Source of the DNA: Vulcanimicrobiota bacterium
Lineage (GTDB): Bacteria; Vulcanimicrobiota; Xenobia; Xenobiales; JADMJV01
Length of the DNA stretch: 64,000 bases
Assembly: GCA_050250895.1 (NCBI GenBank)
Contig: JBFWNU010000001.1
Location: 3,712,149-3,776,148, forward strand
Reading direction: 5' to 3'
A model generated the notes under the pieces. It saw only the letters and a program-made list of their open reading frames with translations, was not told where the DNA came from and did not search any database. Positions 61,571-64,000 of the stretch are shown piece by piece (positions within the stretch are counted from its first letter, which is position 1; each line of letters starts with the position of its first letter). The translations under genes and the position numbers were made by a program.

Positions 61571-63490
61571 ATGAAACTCACCCGGCAACTCGAAACGGCC
61601 CTTCAGGCGGCGACGACACGGTCGCTGGAGCTGGGCCATTCGGTCGTGTCCAGCGGCCATCTGTTGTGGGCCTTGACAGCTCAGACGGATTGCGGAGCCT
61701 ATCGCTGCCTGGGCGACGAGCAAGCCGAGGCGGCTCGGCAGAAGGCGGCTGAATTCGAACCCGAGCCGGTGGGCTACGAGGGCCTGTTCTCGACGATTCT
61801 GCTGGTGGCCCTCGTCGAGGCCGAGCAGAAGGCCGCGGCCGACGAGCGACAGCGCCTGGGAACCTGGCATGTGCTCGAGGCCCTGACCGGTGCGGATGGT
61901 GAATGTGGGAGCTATCTTGCGGGGTTGAGCCGGGGCCTGTTCGTGGCCGACAAAGAACCGGCCGCGCCGACCAGGACCCCGCACTCGACCATGCTGCTGA
62001 ACCTGGTGTTCTTGTCGGTGGCAGCTCTCTTCGGAGTGTTGCTGTTGTTGCCGGTGCTGGCCGACATCGATCCCGGTTGGGGACGGTCCTATGCCGACAA
62101 CCTGCTCTATCTGGTCCTGGCCGTGATGGGGATGTTCGGGCTCGTGGGGCTGGGGATGGTGGTCAAAGCCCGGCGTCTGAGCGCACTGGCTCCCAACCAG
62201 TGCCGCCATTGCGGCTTCGAGTGTGCGTTTGCCGCCGCCTTTAGCGAGCCGGGGGACGATGGCACGGTGGTGTGCCGCAAGTGCCAACAAGCCCGGCGGC
62301 GCCGAACGCGCCGACTGGTGGCGGCAGGCTGGGCCCTGGTCGGCTTGCTGGCGGTGGCTGCGACGGTCGGGGGGCAAACGCGTCTAACGGGCTTCTTGTG
62401 GCTGCTCTTATGCTTGCCGGTGGCGGCTGTCCTGCATGAACTGGGCCATCTGTTGATGGCCAGGTTACTGGGTTTTCGACCCTGGTGCATCCACCTCGGT
62501 TTCGGCCCCATGGTCATTCGAGGGCGTTGGAAAGAGCTTGAGGTCACCGTTTCGGCCTTCCCGTTCACGGGTTATCCGGAGCTCCTCTCTCAACCGGGAC
62601 GCTGGCGCTGGTCGCTTTACCTGACCGGGGGAATGCTGGCCAACGCCGCGGCGCTGAGCCTGACCTGGCCCCAGCTTTACCGATTTCAAGAAACGGTGTC
62701 GCCTCTTCCGGCCCTGGCGGCGGCGAACCTGGTCATGCTGGCGATCGCGGTGCTTCCTCTGTCTTACACTAACGATGGAAAGGGTGGCAAGCTGGTCTGT
62801 GAAGTCGAGGCCATTGTGGGAGGCCTGACCAAAGATTTGCCCGTGCTGGCCAACGCTCGACAGGTGAGCCTGTTCCATCGCTATCTGTCGGACTGTCGTC
62901 GGCAACGGATCGACCTGGCCGCCGGCACGCTCGCGGCCCTCGAGACCCTCGACCCTGACCAGCCCCTCTACCAGGTCTTGCGGGCGAATCTAGAGTTGTG
63001 GCGGGGCCGGTTCGAGGTTTATCTCGAAGCCGGTCCGCGGGTCCTCGAACTCGACCTCCCCGAGGTCGAGAAGGCCGACATCCATTCCAAGTTGGCCTGG
63101 GCGCATCTCTATCACGACGAGAACTGGGATAGAGCGGCGCGGCACCTGGCTGCGGCCCGAGCCATCACGCCCGGCGCACAAGCGGCGCTCCAGGCCTGTC
63201 TCGATTTTCGCCAGGGCAAGACGCTCGAAGCTCGCAGCGCGCTGGGACAGGCCATGCGGCGAACCGAGCGTTCGGCACACCTGGCCTCGCTGGCTTGCTA
63301 CGCTGCCCTGTTCGCCCGTCTGGACGGCCATTCGCAGCAGGCCGAAAGCTTCGTCGAGGTGGCCGAACACGCCGACCCTAAGTGCAGCTTGCTGGCCGCC
63401 ATCCGTGACCCGCAGGCGTCGTTGCCGCTACGGCCGACTCCGCCAGAGGCCAAAGGGTGGTCGGGCTTTGTCGAGAAGCAAGCCGGATGA
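61571..63490 (+). CDS. Clp N-terminal domain, Zn ribbon, M50 site-2 protease and TPR-like fusion
   Basis: LGHSVVSSGHLLWAL / LGTWHVLEAL Clp repeats; CRHC..CRKC; LHELGH, LGFGP, GGMLAN, NDG. Confidence 0.72.
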   Translation: MKLTRQLETALQAATTRSLELGHSVVSSGHLLWALTAQTDCGAYRCLGDEQAEAARQKAAEFEPEPVGYEGLFSTILLVALVEAEQKAAADERQRLGTWHVLEALTGADGECGSYLAGLSRGLFVADKEPAAPTRTPHSTMLLNLVFLSVAALFGVLLLLPVLADIDPGWGRSYADNLLYLVLAVMGMFGLVGLGMVVKARRLSALAPNQCRHCGFECAFAAAFSEPGDDGTVVCRKCQQARRRRTRRLVAAGWALVGLLAVAATVGGQTRLTGFLWLLLCLPVAAVLHELGHLLMARLLGFRPWCIHLGFGPMVIRGRWKELEVTVSAFPFTGYPELLSQPGRWRWSLYLTGGMLANAAALSLTWPQLYRFQETVSPLPALAAANLVMLAIAVLPLSYTNDGKGGKLVCEVEAIVGGLTKDLPVLANARQVSLFHRYLSDCRRQRIDLAAGTLAALETLDPDQPLYQVLRANLELWRGRFEVYLEAGPRVLELDLPEVEKADIHSKLAWAHLYHDENWDRAARHLAAARAITPGAQAALQACLDFRQGKTLEARSALGQAMRRTERSAHLASLACYAALFARLDGHSQQAESFVEVAEHADPKCSLLAAIRDPQASLPLRPTPPEAKGWSGFVEKQAG

Positions 63491-64000
63491 GATGGTTGCT
63501 GCTGCTGGTAGTGGTCGTTCTGGGCGGGTGCGGATTGGGCGCCGCCCAGCTTCAGGGCGAGTTCTTCACGGCTCTCGAGCAGAATCGAGAAGACCGAGCC
63601 CTCGAGCTTCTCAAGGAACATCCTCAACTGGTCATCGGGGGCAACCAGCTGGCCGAGACCAACCTGCAGTTGGCCATCGCCAACCGTCGGGCCCGAGTGG
63701 CCCTGGCCCTGATCGAGGCCGGCGCTCCCTTGAGCGCCAATCCGAAGGCTAAGGGAAAACACGGCAAGTCGAAGGGGGCGCCGCCGCTGCTGCTGGCTCT
63801 GCGCCAGATCAACAGCGCCGACCCCGACCATCCCTTTCGCAACCTGGCCATCGTGATCATAGAAAAGGGCGCCGATGTCAGAGCCCAGGACAAGAGTGGC
63901 TTTACCGCCCTGCACCACGCGGCCGGCCTGGGCGATGTCGAACTGGTCAAGCTACTGCTGGCCAAAGGCGCCTCGAAAGAGGTCAAGAACGAGGAGGGCA
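63487..64000 (+). CDS. Ankyrin-repeat lipoprotein (runs off the window end)
   Basis: Manual translation MRWLLLLVVVVLGG-C...GADVRAQDKSGFTALHHAAGLGDVELVKLLLAKGA; ATGA overlap with the upstream stop. Confidence 0.85.
   Translation, partial: MRWLLLLVVVVLGGCGLGAAQLQGEFFTALEQNREDRALELLKEHPQLVIGGNQLAETNLQLAIANRRARVALALIEAGAPLSANPKAKGKHGKSKGAPPLLLALRQINSADPDHPFRNLAIVIIEKGADVRAQDKSGFTALHHAAGLGDVELVKLLLAKGASKEVKNEEG

Overview
GC-rich bacterial chromosomal window with about 50 protein-coding genes and no rRNA, tRNA, cas or transposase genes. The gene mix (prepilin-like triplets, REC-BTAD regulator, signal-less low-complexity proteins) is reminiscent of Ca. Eremiobacterota; this is an impression, not a tested assignment. 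Content includes three histidine kinases, a CHASE2 cyclase, an ECF sigma/anti-sigma pair, TamB, two CNNM transporters, an APC permease, DcuC, two prepilin clusters (one led by a deletion pseudogene) and three intergenic palindromic repeat arrays. Highlights: (1) a candidate double-selenocysteine protein hidden from the ORF track, where YHS-TlpA continues in frame through TGA-CCT-GGC-TGA (UxxU) and SECIS-like hairpins into an outer-membrane beta-barrel (47521-48774); (2) a recurrent TAACA-N6-TAACA direct-repeat box upstream of six genes, five of them signal-peptide-less, effector-like proteins; (3) a halogenase-like gene and a flavin reductase flanking a harpin-like (Gly-Asn-Ala)n protein; (4) a HAL-family lyase lacking the MIO triad. 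All calls come from reading motifs by eye; no searches were run.
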